A stretch of 56,044 bases of DNA, filler included, from Sphacelaria rigidula (GCA_964200075.2; 5 parts of 5 records of this genome joined end to end with filler, not necessarily neighbours in it), one strand, 5' to 3'; counted from the whole stretch's first letter, positions 1 to 11,969 are shown. Notes: generated by a model from the letters alone, not told the origin. A program made the numbers and translations.

Positions 1-3000
1 AGTGTGGAAGGATGTCTGACACAGTTAGGAGCCTCGTTTTTCGTGCAACCAAAACCCCCCCCGCTATTGTAGGATGACTCTTGAGTGGTGTGGTCAAACT
101 AGCTCGTCAGACGCCGCTCCAGATGACGAAGCAATGCCGGACCGCTGATCCCTGGGGCACGTCCGCGTCCATAGCGGCGGAGAAGCTGTCAAGGACCTGA
201 GTAAGAGAAGCGGCGGTGTCCGGCGAGCGGCGGTTGATCGCACGATTCATGGCTTTGTGGAGAGGGGCCTGGCATCCATCTACCCAATCAGAATCCTCGA
301 AGCGTTGGACTCCCGAGGCGTCCGCGAATTGAAGAATGTTGCGAACAGTTCGATGAGTTGAAGTGATAAGAGCGGTGGTGAATTCACCAGATTCCTCATT
401 GTCGGCTGAAGTCATCGCTTTCACGTGCCAAAGGGGTTTGACATCAATCTGAATATACTCTCTTTGGATGGCAGCCACACGAGCGGAGGCGACGGTGGTA
501 GTGGGGTTTATAGAGTGGGTTTGGTGTCTGCGCGTGGAATCGGCAGCAAGGTTGCGAGCCCCAACAGAAGAGAGCGGCCGGTCAGATTGATCTGAGTCCG
601 AAACACCTAGAATGGATCGCGACACACCTTCGAGTCGCGGGGTAACTTGCCTGGGTCCAAAAGAAACCGAGGGTGGTGGGTCTTGATGGTTGCGTGTCCG
701 AGGTTGTCCTGTAGTTGAACTAGAACTGTGGCCGTTGTTGTTCCGTTTGTTGTTGGCCCCCCTAGAGTACCGATCGGAGCGCCGGGTGGTGTCGCCTGCA
801 GAACGGCCGTGCCGACGGTGGCGAGAAGAACCGCCCCCGTGAGAGTCGTTTTCGCCGTCCGAACCATCGTGGCGGTGGTGACGCGAAGACGCCGGCGCCC
901 ACCCGTCGTCGTTGTCAGCGGCCGTGGCGGTTTGGCAGGCCGTACGTAAAGCGTCAAAGAGAGCCACCAGGGCGAGCTCGTAAGCGGAGGAAGTTGGAGA
1001 CGTCGGTGATTGTAGGTGGTGTACCAGTCGGCCTATGGTGAGTGCGAAGGGTCCATCGATGGGGCAAGCGCCGTCAGTGTCTAAATACAACGTGACCACG
1101 GTATGGAGTGGCCGTGCGAGCGTTGGCCAGAAGTGACGAGAACTCTGGAGGGGGTTGTGAACTGTGTATTTGGGGGACAAGTCGTGGACAGACAGCTGGT
1201 ACCAAGTGACGTTGGCGTACTGTATGGTGAAGCGAAGTTGTACAGGGTTGGAGGTCGGGTGGGGGGAGGGAGGTGAAGAACGGTTGCTACCAGGTGCAGT
1301 AGTGGAAGCGTGGGGTGGCTGCTGGTCAGTTGAGGGAGCCATGGCGGCGCCGGGCGACTGCTGGGCGGTTGGAGGTGTCGACGGCGGGGGTAGAGTGGGC
1401 GGCGGCTGGCGGGCAGCGTGGGTGGGGGGCAGGGTGGGGGCAGCAGCGGCCCGAGAAATAGGCGATGATCCGTGTAGTGTGGTTGCCGTGGGCGTGGATC
1501 TTCGGTGTTTTTCAAGGCGAGAATCAAGGTCTTGCAGTTGGTGTGAAGTCCGTTGTTAGTTTTTTCGGCGGCGGCGAGCTGCTTTGCGGTGTCTCGCTGA
1601 GCGCTACGAAGTTCGGCGATAGATCGCTGGGGTATGCGTGACGGCCGCCTTTGCGCGTTGGTGCTCCAGCGCCTGTAGGATATTCTTGTGTTCCGACAGA
1701 AGGAGGGCGGCAGCGGCGTTGTCGGCCGCCCGCTTACGGGCGGCAAAGTCTGAAGTGAAATGCGGGGCGTGAGCCACATATTCATCGATGAGGCGTTGTT
1801 GGCCGTCGCGATCTTGAGCCATAAATATGCGGGGAAGGAGCCCAAAAGGGCAGTGTTTGGGCCCCATTTGAAGCAGGGGTCGAGATTGTTGAGCCATCGA
1901 GGCAGGGGTTGGGGCAAGGGTGGGGGGTTGAAACGCCAGGGCAGAAATTTGGGCCGTCGGGGCGGGCGGGGGGGGCGGAGAAGCGGAGAAAGTGGTGGGA
2001 CGATGGCGGCCGCCACTGTCGGCGTCAGTGTCCATCGGTGCAGGGAGGGGGGGGCAACTGTGGCGGGGCTGTTGACGCGGGTGTCTCCGGAGTGCGTCGC
2101 AGTGGCGGGGGGCGAAGGGCTCCGTGCAGGCGCTGATGGAGCGGCGGCGGCAGAAGAGGCGGCGGAGATGTTGCTGGTAGCCATGGGCGCTGACGATTGA
2201 AGTTGGCGTTAAATATCTGCAAGTTGACGTTGCAAAGAGCAAACAAGTGCAGCATCCGCATGCGCGGATGTATCGCGATTAGATCGGACGCGTCGACGGT
2301 AACGTCGGGAGGCGTGCGATGGGTTGTCATCAGAAAAACTAGAAGGCGCGATTGAAGACGCCGGTGCTGAGTGAAAATCAGAGAAAATATCTCTAAAAGC
2401 ATCAGCGTGTTCCGTAACCTTATGGTGTGGGGAGCGTCCTCGGGAAAAAGATTAGTTGCGATGGGAAGGCGGGGGGAACGAGAAGGTCCTGTCGAAGTGC
2501 CAGCGGGGTTACGCGCTGACCGGGTGGAGCTGGTGTTGGTTTGTCGGGGGGAAGGCGGTCGTGGGGGTGGGGGTGAAAGCCGAGATCCGGTGGGTGCGGG
2601 CGCAGTTTGGGGGGCTGGGCACTGGGGGCTGCTTGCATGTCGGCCAAAGCTGAAGGAGAGCGGAACAAGGTATTGCATAGAACTTGCAGTGCGGTGGCTA
2701 CACTAACGTCTAGCGCAGGGGCTAATTCCGGATTTATGCTAGAAGCAGTCGCTGGGGCCGAAAACGGGTGTCCTGAGGTGGGCAAATCAGAAGTCAAAAC
2801 ATGTGTTAACAAATCATGGTTAACCGGGGCACGAAAAGTAGCCGCGGATGTAGACAAAGTGTCGGCCGGAAGGGCAGCGCAGGCAGGAGTGCGAGCAGTT
2901 GGGGGTCCGGGCGTGGGCGCCGCCTGCACGACGGAACGGTCTTGGACTGAAGTGTGTACGGCGAGATCCGCGCTGGCAGTAGAGTGAGAGGGTGGGGTAG

Positions 3001-3187
3001 GGGCCACGGGTGCCACCAGCGTGGTTGGGGGTTGGGTAGGGACCATGGGTGCCACCAGCGTGGTTGGGGGTTGGGTTGGGGCCACAGGTAACACCAGCGT
3101 GGTTGGGGAGTGGGACACAGAGTGTGTCAAGGGGGGTCCAGTGTGGGCGGGTGCGTCCGATGGTGTGTGTGCTACGATGGGTGCCAC
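1..3187 (-). pseudogene. Frameshifted long Pro/Ala/Thr-rich ORF, probable gag/ORF1 of a minus-strand retroelement
   Basis: Overlapping intronless GC-rich ORF pieces (3187-2420, 2678-2025, 2242-1604, 2184-1081, 1342-107). The frame stays open past the TGA at 107 to the contig edge. A PBS-like site and candidate LTR lie upstream on the same strand. No diagnostic motif seen. Confidence 0.45.
2994..3110 (-). repeat. 39-bp tandem repeat x3 encoding about PTTLVAPVAPTQP
   Basis: The caccagcgtggttgggg core recurs at 39-bp spacing. Confidence 0.85.
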
Positions 3188-3810
3188 CGTTGTCGTAGAG
3201 GGTTGGGGTACAGAGCGTGTCTGTGAGGAGTGGTCACAGGTGGGATGATGAGGGAGGGTCGGAAGGGTACGAAATCCGAGCTATGATCGGAATCGGAGCT
3301 GGGAGGGGGCGATGAGAACTACACGGGCGCAAAACCGACGGATCGAGCAGCGCTCGAGAGTGGTTTCCCTGAGGCTGAGGGAGAATCAGCAGTGGGTCCG
3401 GAAAGACTAGAAGATCCCTTAGTTTCGCTCCGCGTACGGCGGGGCGGCTTAGCTCCCGCCGTGGGGGAAGAAGCGATGGTGATACGGTGCGACATAGGTG
3501 AAGCGTATACAGCGTCTACAGAGCGATAGGTTCAGAGGACCCAGAGCAAGAAGCAATAGCCTATACGTGATTTTATTTTGTTTTGTGTATTTTATTTGAA
3601 TCACGAATGTGCGATAGGATATGTAATAGCCGCAATACAGGGGCAGAGGGCCAATAAAAGGCAATCATTGAACACTGAATGTCGATTGAAACGCAACCTG
3701 AAAGCGAAAAGTGGGATAAAATCGGAAAGACAGCCTGTAATAGTGCAGTCAAGGTGGGTGCGGGACAATTACAAATGGTTCAGCGGAACACCCCGCAAAA
3801 GCCGGCGAAG

Positions 3811-4090
3811 TATGGAGAAGGTCGCCTCCAGTACACGCACGAGCAGGTTCATGATGATATACAAGTGGAATGATCTGCTGTAGGCGTTTTCTATTGGTTG
3901 ACGGACTTGCGGGTCTGATCGGTAGACTATGTTGGTTTGAACATCACATGCTTCACGCATGTGGTTACTTCCGATAACGAAGGCTGTGTGTTTATGAATA
4001 ACAACTGGCTTAAGGTCTCCAGGCCCTAGTGCGGGAGGAAGCCCTTGGAGCAATCTTGTGACCTTGTTCTGAGTTCAGGAGGGCTTTATA
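3811..4090 (+). repeat. 5' LTR
   Basis: About 17 mismatches in 280 bp versus the 3' LTR (counted by eye). Ends TA..TA. Confidence 0.95.
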
Positions 4091-4311
4091 ATAAACGTTT
4101 ATTAAGAGGAACCCGCTGGGTTCTGGAAGAGGTTTATCAGCCGTGGACAGCTGCGGAGAAATCATATCAAAATTTGACACAGTAGTGTGCACACTGTAAC
4201 GTGAGGGAGCTCGCTGGCAACGGAGAGACGGCTGGGTTGGCTGGATCTGTTGCGTGCAGCTATGGCAACGCGCAAGTAAGTGGATGATGGTATGGCGATG
4301 CAGGCGAAGAG

Positions 4312-6221
4312 GTGAAGTTTAAGTTTACTGAGCTTATGCCTGCAGGATCGCTGAAAGCCCCAGAGTACGGACGGTATTTTAGCGAAAATGCGTCCCGACG
4401 TTTTTATCAGAAATACGTCGAGTATGAAGAGGCGGTCAAAATGAACAACAAAGGACGTAGCATGCAGGCCGGCTTACTGACTGTTACTGAACTGGTGCCG
4501 AGGCACATCCGTGCGTGTCTGTCACGCGCGATGTTTGACGGATCCGTGCTTGAAGATGATCTTAAGGAGGCACTAGGCCGACACGCGAAATGTTGGCAGG
4601 ATAAAGAGATTGATCCTTCAATTGCTGCTGCTGGTGTGCGGAAAGCGTTGGCTGCCCACAACGAGCAAACTGCAATGGGAAGAGTAGAAGGGCAGTGGGG
4701 TGCCCTGGAGGAACGTTTTTCGGAGATAACTAGCGCTGAGCGTGCGTTCCGCGATGATGCAGATTTCAAACCAGGACCCGCTCAAATCATAACTCGGGAA
4801 ATGTTGAATGGACTGACTCCCCTCCCAAATTCAAAACTATAGTCCTCAACATGTTGAACATGAACGGGGAGTGGAAGGAGGACCCTGGGCTTGTGTTTAA
4901 CACGGCTCGGGAAGCAGCGGAGGCATGGAAGACGGTGGAAGCGGCGGATAGGCAGCGCCGTCAGCAGCCGCAGCTGAAACAAAGGAGTGGTAGCGGGACT
5001 TCCGGAAGCAAGCGCCTACTAAGTGGTGGAAAAACGGCGAGTAGTGGAAATGGGACTGCCAGTTTCGGAAAAACCCGCAAACCAGGCCGAAATTATGCAG
5101 GATGTTTCTTCTGTGGAAACAAGGGCCATTTCCGGAAGGATTGCAAGCAGCAAGGCCAGGCTGGTGCTACACAACGTAGTGACAGTGGGCAGACGAAGGC
5201 TGGCGACAAGCAGCAGCAACAACAGCAGCTGTCGCAGGGCCCTGCACAGGTGCCTCGCGGATGGGGCACGGGTCCCGCTCCTACAAGGGCTGTCTTTTCA
5301 GCCGATGGACAAAGTGCTCCCAGCGGGGGGGCGACGTTGCCGCCAGAACCGGTCGCTTCTGCTGGTGGTGTGCAGCAGACCATCTCATCACACTCGTTCC
5401 CGGGTTCGAAATCTGATGCGGTGCCAGCATGGAGATCGCTCAAAGCAGGTGAGGTATCAGGTTTCCAATCTGAGGGTCTGCAAGTAGATCACAAGGAAAG
5501 GTGGTGTCTTGCCGACTTGTCTATCCCGAGTGCAAGGGAAAAGGGTGTTTGTCCGGACACGGCTATTTTGGATTCAGGATCTGGACTTACGACCATGTCA
5601 GCTGGTGTGGCGGCGAAATTGAAAGCCATGGTTCCAGATGTCCATGTGGTGAGATCGATGGCTGGTGAACAGTTGGTGAAATTGGCAAATGGCAATGTTG
5701 AGCGCGTGAAGCAGAAGACTTGCCCTGTCCGCATCGCTTTACACACCAGCTGGGGACCGGTTGTGCTGGACCCATGTGCATATGCGGTTATGCCGGGTAC
5801 AGATGATGTGATCATCATGGGAAGCCCTACGCTGGAGGCACTGGGCATTGACGTGTACAGTAGCTTAAGTGCCTGTGCACGTGCGAGAAACACTTCGGTG
5901 CGAGGTGTATACACGCCTGATTTTGCGGACTATCGGCGTGTCAGTACCGCGGTTGACGCTTTACAGCAACCAGGAGGTCTGGCGGAGCCAGTTTATTCCT
6001 CAGTCGAGCGGTTCTTGTCGAAAAGTCCGGCGATAAGCATATCCTCGGAACAAGAGCTTGCTGAGCTTGATGTTGCGCCGGAGGAGGCAGTACAAGCCGC
6101 CGCGGGTAATGGCATATCGGATAGCGACGTGAGCCAAATTCGTGAGCCTGAACGGAACAGAGCGAGCATTTTTAGGCGAGTGCTGCATGGTTACCCGCCT
6201 GATCGCGTCGAGCCGTTATAG
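4312..6221 (+). pseudogene. gag: Gag with CCHC zinc knuckle plus aspartic protease, frameshifted near 4840
   Basis: CFFCGNKGHFRKDC fits CX2CX4HX4C. AILDSGSG is a retropepsin active-site motif. Confidence 0.9.
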
Positions 6222-7780
6222 ATGAAATTCAAACCTGCTGCTGCGGAGGCAAACGCTCGGCCGAGGGCGTACTTTCCGGTCAGGATGGCTGGTTGGCACG
6301 CTGCATCGCAACATTGGTGGCGCTCGGGCTCGTGTACTGCAGTTTGCAGGTAGAGTGGGCGAGAGCGGCGATTGCAACGCCCGAGAAGTTCTGTTTCCGC
6401 TGGATCAATGCATACAAGGCGGGGGAGGGAGTTTCCCGTCACCACAAGGAGGCGGTGCATCGTGTTCGCCCAGGAAAGGTTTTTCATTTCAATTTTCTCA
6501 GTGTTGGCGAGGGTGGTCCGCTGAGAGATAACGGCTTGGACAAAGGAGATCGGTTCAAGTACATATTGGTAACGATGGATGACCCGGGCGACTTCGTGCG
6601 GTTGGAGCCCACGGAGTCTTGTACGGCAGCAAGGACGGTGATGCATCTGTTGACATGGTGCAAAGCGCTGGGGCCGCAGGAGGGATGGGTCAGTGATACG
6701 GTATCGCAATATGAGAATCGTGAGGTGAGAGTGCCTAAGAAGGTGCTGATGGATCGTAGATTCGTGGTGGCCGACTCGCAGTTGTCACATCGTGAATGTG
6801 AGCGAGTTGTGCGTGACATTGTTCGTGCCTTGAAGGTCATAATTCAGAGAGGAAGACTCGATGCCAGCGCCTGGGTGGGCTTGGTAACTGCCGTGCAGTG
6901 GGCATTACACACTGGTTTCGGGACAGCTGTGAGAGCTGTAGCTGCATCTATGATGCGAGGAGCGACTGTTGGAGTGGAAATGCTACTCTACGGTGTGGAC
7001 GAGATTTTAGCCGGAGAGCTGCTGTTTCTCAGGAGGAGCGCAGGAGAATTACAAGGCAGGCATTGCCTGAGGTGCTCGATGTTGCGGTGAGGGCCGGGTT
7101 GGGTGATGTTAAGAAGCAAGTACTAGTGGAATTGCTTGTTGAGAATGAGGAAGCAAATTGTGACTTGTATACCTGAATCGTTGTATGGACGATTGTAGGT
7201 GGTGGTGATGTGGTTCCTGGACTTGTCTGTAGTGTTGCGCTGGTTGGCACCCATGATACACGGGGGTTTCTGCAAAGAAGCTGCTGAGTGAAGTATGAGC
7301 ATGCAGGTGTGACTGATGTGCATGGTGTCTGATGAAGAGTCAGAGTGACGCAGTTTCCAATACACTGCTGTGTGCTGAGTGAAATAAAGCTCGTATAAAT
7401 TTTTTCGCGCAAAAATTGGAATCATCTTTGTGCGGTTTGCAGAAACTGCCTGTAGGAGATGGTGATTGCTGCTGCTGCCGTGAAAATGAGAGGAAACTAC
7501 GAGATACGTAGGCTTGTATGTGAACAAGTATAACGTGAGTATTTCCAGAGGTTGACGATAAAAGATATCGTACGCGAATACAGTGATCTTTTACTGTGGT
7601 ACATCTTTGAGTGTTTGGATAAGCGCATACATGGTGCTTCGCATCTGCAAAACGGAGAGTATGGATGGTGTGTCCATTTTCCTGGAAGAACACCGCTTAT
7701 TTGTTCTGAGCTGCGTCAGTTGGAACTGAGTCAAAAGGTGCGGGCACGGTTGTAGGCAAAATACGGTGTCAAGCTTTGAG
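6222..7780 (+). pseudogene. pol: RT N-terminal stub fused to integrase core, with degenerate C-terminus
   Basis: PGKVFHFNF..KYILVTMDD..LLTWCKALGPQEGWVSD..ECERVVRDI is an rve-like core. No YxDD or RNase H motif between protease and integrase. Confidence 0.8.
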
Positions 7781-8084
7781 TGCATGGTATGATCGAATGC
7801 TACGGTTTGAAATGGTGTTATCCTCGGCGCGTTTGCTTTGTGTGAACATGTCACGACTGGAAATTGCCGTTGAATGAATTATTGACTTCTCTAAATTCAA
7901 TTGAGACGCTGTGTTCAAGTGTCGTTGTTCAGCGTTTTGCGAATGATCATTTTCTTTGTGAACATGACATAGCATGGTCATGTGTCACCAACAGGCGGAG
8001 AAAGGTAGCATAAACGTGTTTATCGGTGTCTACTGTTTGTCAAACTCGCTTTCTACTTCGAGTAGTGCGGAGTTTTGGGGGTGC

Positions 8085-8364
8085 TGTAGAGTAGGTCGCC
8101 TCCAATACACGTACGAGCAGGTTCATGATGATATACAAGTGGAATGATCTGCTGTAGGCGTTTTTTATTGGTTGACGGACTTGCGGGTCTGATCGGCAGA
8201 CTATGTGGATTTGAACATCACATGCTTCATGCATGTGGTTACTTCCGATAATGAAGGCTGTGTGTTTATGAATAACAACTGTCTTGAAGTCTCCAGGCCC
8301 TAGTGAGGGAAGAAGCCCTTGGAGCAATCTTGTGACCTTGTTCTGAGTCCAGGAGGGCTTTATA
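8085..8364 (+). repeat. 3' LTR
   Basis: Begins TGTA, ends TATA, followed by the TSD GAAG. Confidence 0.95.
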
Positions 8365-9031
8365 GAAGGCAGTAGGCCAAATTGAAATGCCAGAGTCAAA
8401 ACTGTGCGTGAGTAATTACGCTCGCCGAGGTTTAACGCCGCAAGCTACTGAAACAGCGGCAAGTAACAATAGCAATTCGGCAGCTACTAAGTGCAGCTGT
8501 GCACCGCCAAAACAAAAGAGAGGAAATACGTGTGGGCAGACGGGATGTGGAAAGTGGAGTAGATTCGGGGATATCTGCCGAAAACAATGTATATTTGTTA
8601 AACGGAATGGGGTAGATAGGTTTCTGGTACCGAAAAAAACCCAACAGAGTACAGGTTCACAGTCGGATGGCCAATACAGTAAAATTGCGCGGCCAAAGAA
8701 AAGGTCACAGAGGAGACAGTGCGAACACAGTAGAAGTAGCGCGTCGAGAAGCGCGTGCAAAACGCGATTCAAGCGAGAGCGTGCTACAGAAACATCGCCG
8801 CACGGAACGAATCAACAAATAACAGTTCGTTGAGGCAACTGTGGGTGCACGTGTACCGTACCGTGGGCTACTGTAAAAATCTACGAGCGAATGAAAAGCA
8901 AATGACTCATAAAACAAAATGCAAGACAAAGCTACAGCAAGAGGAGGAAAACAGCAACTAGAGGGCAGTACAGACAGATAGGCAACAACTGCCCTACTCT
9001 GGAAGGGAAAACAAGCTAACAAGCAGATATT

Positions 9032-9374
9032 CCAAGTCGAGCGCCAATTATTATAGTATTAGCTGGATGCACCCTCTTGGTGCAAGCCGGTCGTGTCAGA
9101 GGTCAGATACTTCCAAGGTCAACACTGGCAGTTCTATCCTCACAAAGGGTCGGGTTACAGACGTGTCCAAATCAGCTAACACCACAATAGCTTCACGCAG
9201 TAGGCTATACCCACTTGATACAAAGACTCTTGTTCACTCGTATTCGTTATCGCTCCTTTCAATGCTTTCTCAGCTGCTCTCTAGCTATAGCAATTGCTCA
9301 GCAGTGAGCTCCCCCCAGCGAGTGACTGAAGTGGGTCAGAAATAGTTCTGCCTTGACCTTTTATCAGTGTCACA
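9032..9374 (-). mobile_element. Candidate 5' LTR (about 9049-9374) and primer-binding site (9032-9046) of the older host LTR element
   Basis: Minus strand starts TGTGACA at 9374. TGGCGCTCGACTTGG follows the putative LTR end by 2 nt and resembles a tRNA-Lys-type PBS. No second LTR in the contig. Confidence 0.45.
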
Positions 9375-9456
9375 AACATCCTAGTTCAGGCTTGATCAGA
9401 CCCGTAGCTAATAAATCCGAAGTTTGAACACAACGCCTCCTGGCTTCATGTCACTA

Positions 9457-10069
9457 CTCTACTGACTGCCTTCCGTCTGCACAGCAGAGGGTCTGCCTAT
9501 AGACGTCACACTAGGTAGTGTAACATGTTTCTATGTACCCAAATTCGGAACAACTTTGGAAACGAAAGAGTTCGTTTTTTCAAAGTACGTCGGCATGCTT
9601 GAAATGGCTCTCCTTACCCGAGGGACTGCGGCTTCCCCGTCCGTCCGCCAGGTTTGAAAGAAGGACAGCATAGTTTTTGGGATCGCATGTAACCCCCACG
9701 GGGAAACACAGAGTTTCTCGTCTATGAAAATGCCCGTCTTCCCACCTGCAAACAGTTTGATGCCCGTTGGGTTTGAATAAGAACGTTAAAATGTCGATTT
9801 GTGATGATACTGTACTGATTGGCAGATGTCAATGCCAGGAACGATTCGTAGTGCTATTCGCACTATCTTCGAAAGTTTGAACGGACCCAAAGCGGACACT
9901 TTCCCTCGGGTAAGGAGGGCCATTTCAACCATGTCGAAGTACTTTGAAAAACGAACTCTTTCGTTTCCAAAGGTGTTCCGAATTTGGGTACATAATAACA
10001 TGTTACACTGCCCAGTGTGACGTCTATAGGCAGACGCTCTGCTGTGCAGCCGGGAGGCAGTCAGTAGAG
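9457..10069. mobile_element. MITE, Tc1/mariner-like (about 170-bp TIRs, TA TSD)
   Basis: ta|ctctactgactgcc...ggcagtcagtagag|ta. Arms about 9457-9625 and 9901-10069. Confidence 0.9.
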
Positions 10070-11132
10070 TAGATCAACGAAAGCTCCAGATCGCAGCTGA
10101 CGCACCTTTCTGCACGATGCTAGCAACAGTTAGGTCCCCACCAAAGACTGCTGCCGAGATAGCCCCCCCCCGAACCGGCTAAAACGTGCACGGAGGCGAT
10201 GGTGATAAAGGCCGCTAGAGATGGTTTCGTGCTGCACGACGTGACTCATTTGGGCGTTTTAGCTGATGTCGGACTGCTACACGCCTTCCATCTGAGCGCA
10301 ATTGCTAAAAACGAGCCCAATAGTAGGATCGCAGCCGGTTTGTTGGACGGCGGCGGTGCACTTTTTGTGGGGGGCTATCTCGGCATTAGTCCATAGGTAT
10401 CTTTTTTCACTCTGCATGTCAAGAAGGTCCCTACAAGTATTTGATCTCTCGTGCACTCCCCCCAACTGGCGTGTGGTCAAGCGCCCGGTTGGGGGTGGTG
10501 GGAAATCGACGAAGAATAACACCCCCTAAGTTCATATTGGATCTATCTGGTTTTGCCGCAGCACCGTCCTTGCGGGCATGTGTGTGACAGAGAACAGTAG
10601 TAGCGGTGACGGGAATACTTCCCTGTTTTTCAAATACATGTTTTTCAGCGCACAGAGGCGCGTGCTGTCCAGAAAGAGAGCCAGAGAGAAATTGATCTTC
10701 GCATCGGTGAGGTGCTCAGTCAAGATCAAGAGACGAAATCTCTCCGCAGCTCGGTCTTTAGGCACAACATGGAAAATTGGGTACATACTGGCAACATCGA
10801 TGATGCCAGTCTCTCGCGCGATTGGTAATCGCCGAGCGAGGACACACAAAGCACACGGGCAAGGAGCTTCCTCTCTGTCGTTGCTCCTCTTTCTGGTGAT
10901 ATCGTCATCGACACGCGTGTATGTTGCAAATTTAGACAAGGCAGTCTAAGTTCGTTGTGTGTGATTGAAGTCGCCGCTATAAGATACTGCACTGTACAAG
11001 CGGCACGACTTGAATGTTATTCGTTACGCTTCAGGTGAAACTGTAAACCACGTATAACAGTGTTTTCGTGAGATTGAGAGTAGATGAAACGGTTGATAGT
11101 GAAAAGCGGTCAATCAGTGAATGAATTGTTAT

Positions 11133-11232
11133 NNNNNNNNNNNNNNNNNNNNNNNNNNNNNNNNNNNNNNNNNNNNTTAATTAATTAANNNNNNNNNNNN
11201 NNNNNNNNNNNNNNNNNNNNNNNNNNNNNNNN
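11133..11232. other. Artificial contig spacer (N44-TTAATTAATTAA-N44, six-frame stop linker)
   Basis: Identical 100-bp structure occurs four times in the window. Confidence 0.98.
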
Positions 11233-11326
11233 GCTGATGCACCCACATACACCGAAAGGTGTAGACTGGTGCCCAGAATAAATGGGACGACAACACACAC
11301 ACGCGCGCGCGCGCACACACACACAC
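11233..11326 (-). repeat. Dispersed short repeat with (CA)/(CG) microsatellite at contig start
   Basis: Reverse complement of 33508-33580. Confidence 0.85.
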
Positions 11327-11389
11327 CAATAATGCGGTTCCTGGTCCGTATCGATGAAGAAAAACAGCACAGCATAGCGCAGCGCCGTA

Positions 11390-11696
11390 GGCACTTTCGA
11401 CGATAGCCCCCCCCCCCAAACCACCTACAATGGTCAAACGACTAAGGCAAGCAACAAATGAGTACGCCCCCCCCCAAACCACCTAAAAGTGTCGCGAAAA
11501 AAATGGCCATACAGCGCCTGATGTTCGGGTCGAGGTGGCATGAAGCGCCTCATATTGGCAACATTGGTTGGAACGAACCCAAGCGTAGGAATTCCCCGCT
11601 TCTCGTTGTGCTCGGCTTTTCCCATTCCGATTTACGTGAAGAAGTTGCCTCCCAAAACCATGCACTGTTTGGGGGGTGGCTATCGTAGAAAGTGTC
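11390..11696. mobile_element. MITE family A, copy 1 (TIR G(A/G)CACTTTC(T/G)ACGATAGC, 4-bp TSD CGTA)
   Basis: cgta|ggcactttcgacgatagc...gctatcgtagaaagtgtc|cgta. Second copy at 48317-48564. Confidence 0.92.
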
Positions 11697-11726
11697 CGTA
11701 CGGTAAGGCAGAGTCATACATATTTT

Positions 11727-11969
11727 CACGGTTAGGACAAAGAATGATTCGTCAGAAAATTACTTGATTTTAGTACAATAAGTTGACTCGTGATGAATGA
11801 ATCCCCATGATTCATTTCAGCGTTACAACCCAGGTACACGCAGCCCAGACACGTGGAATGGCGCAAACGTTGCGTGGGACACCCCTTGGACTAGCTGCCT
11901 TTCGGGCAATCAGGCAGAAGAAATCGTGAATTTGGGGACTTTGAGTCGTGATGATTTGTCCTAACCGTG
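11727..11969. mobile_element. MITE family B (TIR CACGGTTAGGACAAA, probable 8-bp TSD)
   Basis: catatttt|cacggttaggacaaa...tttgtcctaaccgtg|tatatttt. Other copies at 33690-33756 (partial) and 35376-35633. Confidence 0.9.

Larger units (their letters stand above)
3811..8364 (+). mobile_element. Ty3/Gypsy LTR retrotransposon with both LTRs, internally deleted and degenerate
   Basis: 280-bp direct repeats at 3811-4090 and 8085-8364. GAAG flanks both ends (3807-3810, 8365-8368). G-rich tract before the 3' LTR. Domain order gag-PR-(RT stub)-IN. Confidence 0.95.

Noticed and set aside
3769..4053. Duplicated ORF pair with 8040-8399, and similar paired ORFs at 18663/21088, 27179/27186, 28365/28418 and 11434/48309
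   Set aside because: Chance frames inside LTRs, TIRs or MITE copies, not paralogous genes.
11177..11482. ORFs running into X stretches (also near 22132, 33149 and 33638)
   Set aside because: Artefacts of translating through the N linkers.
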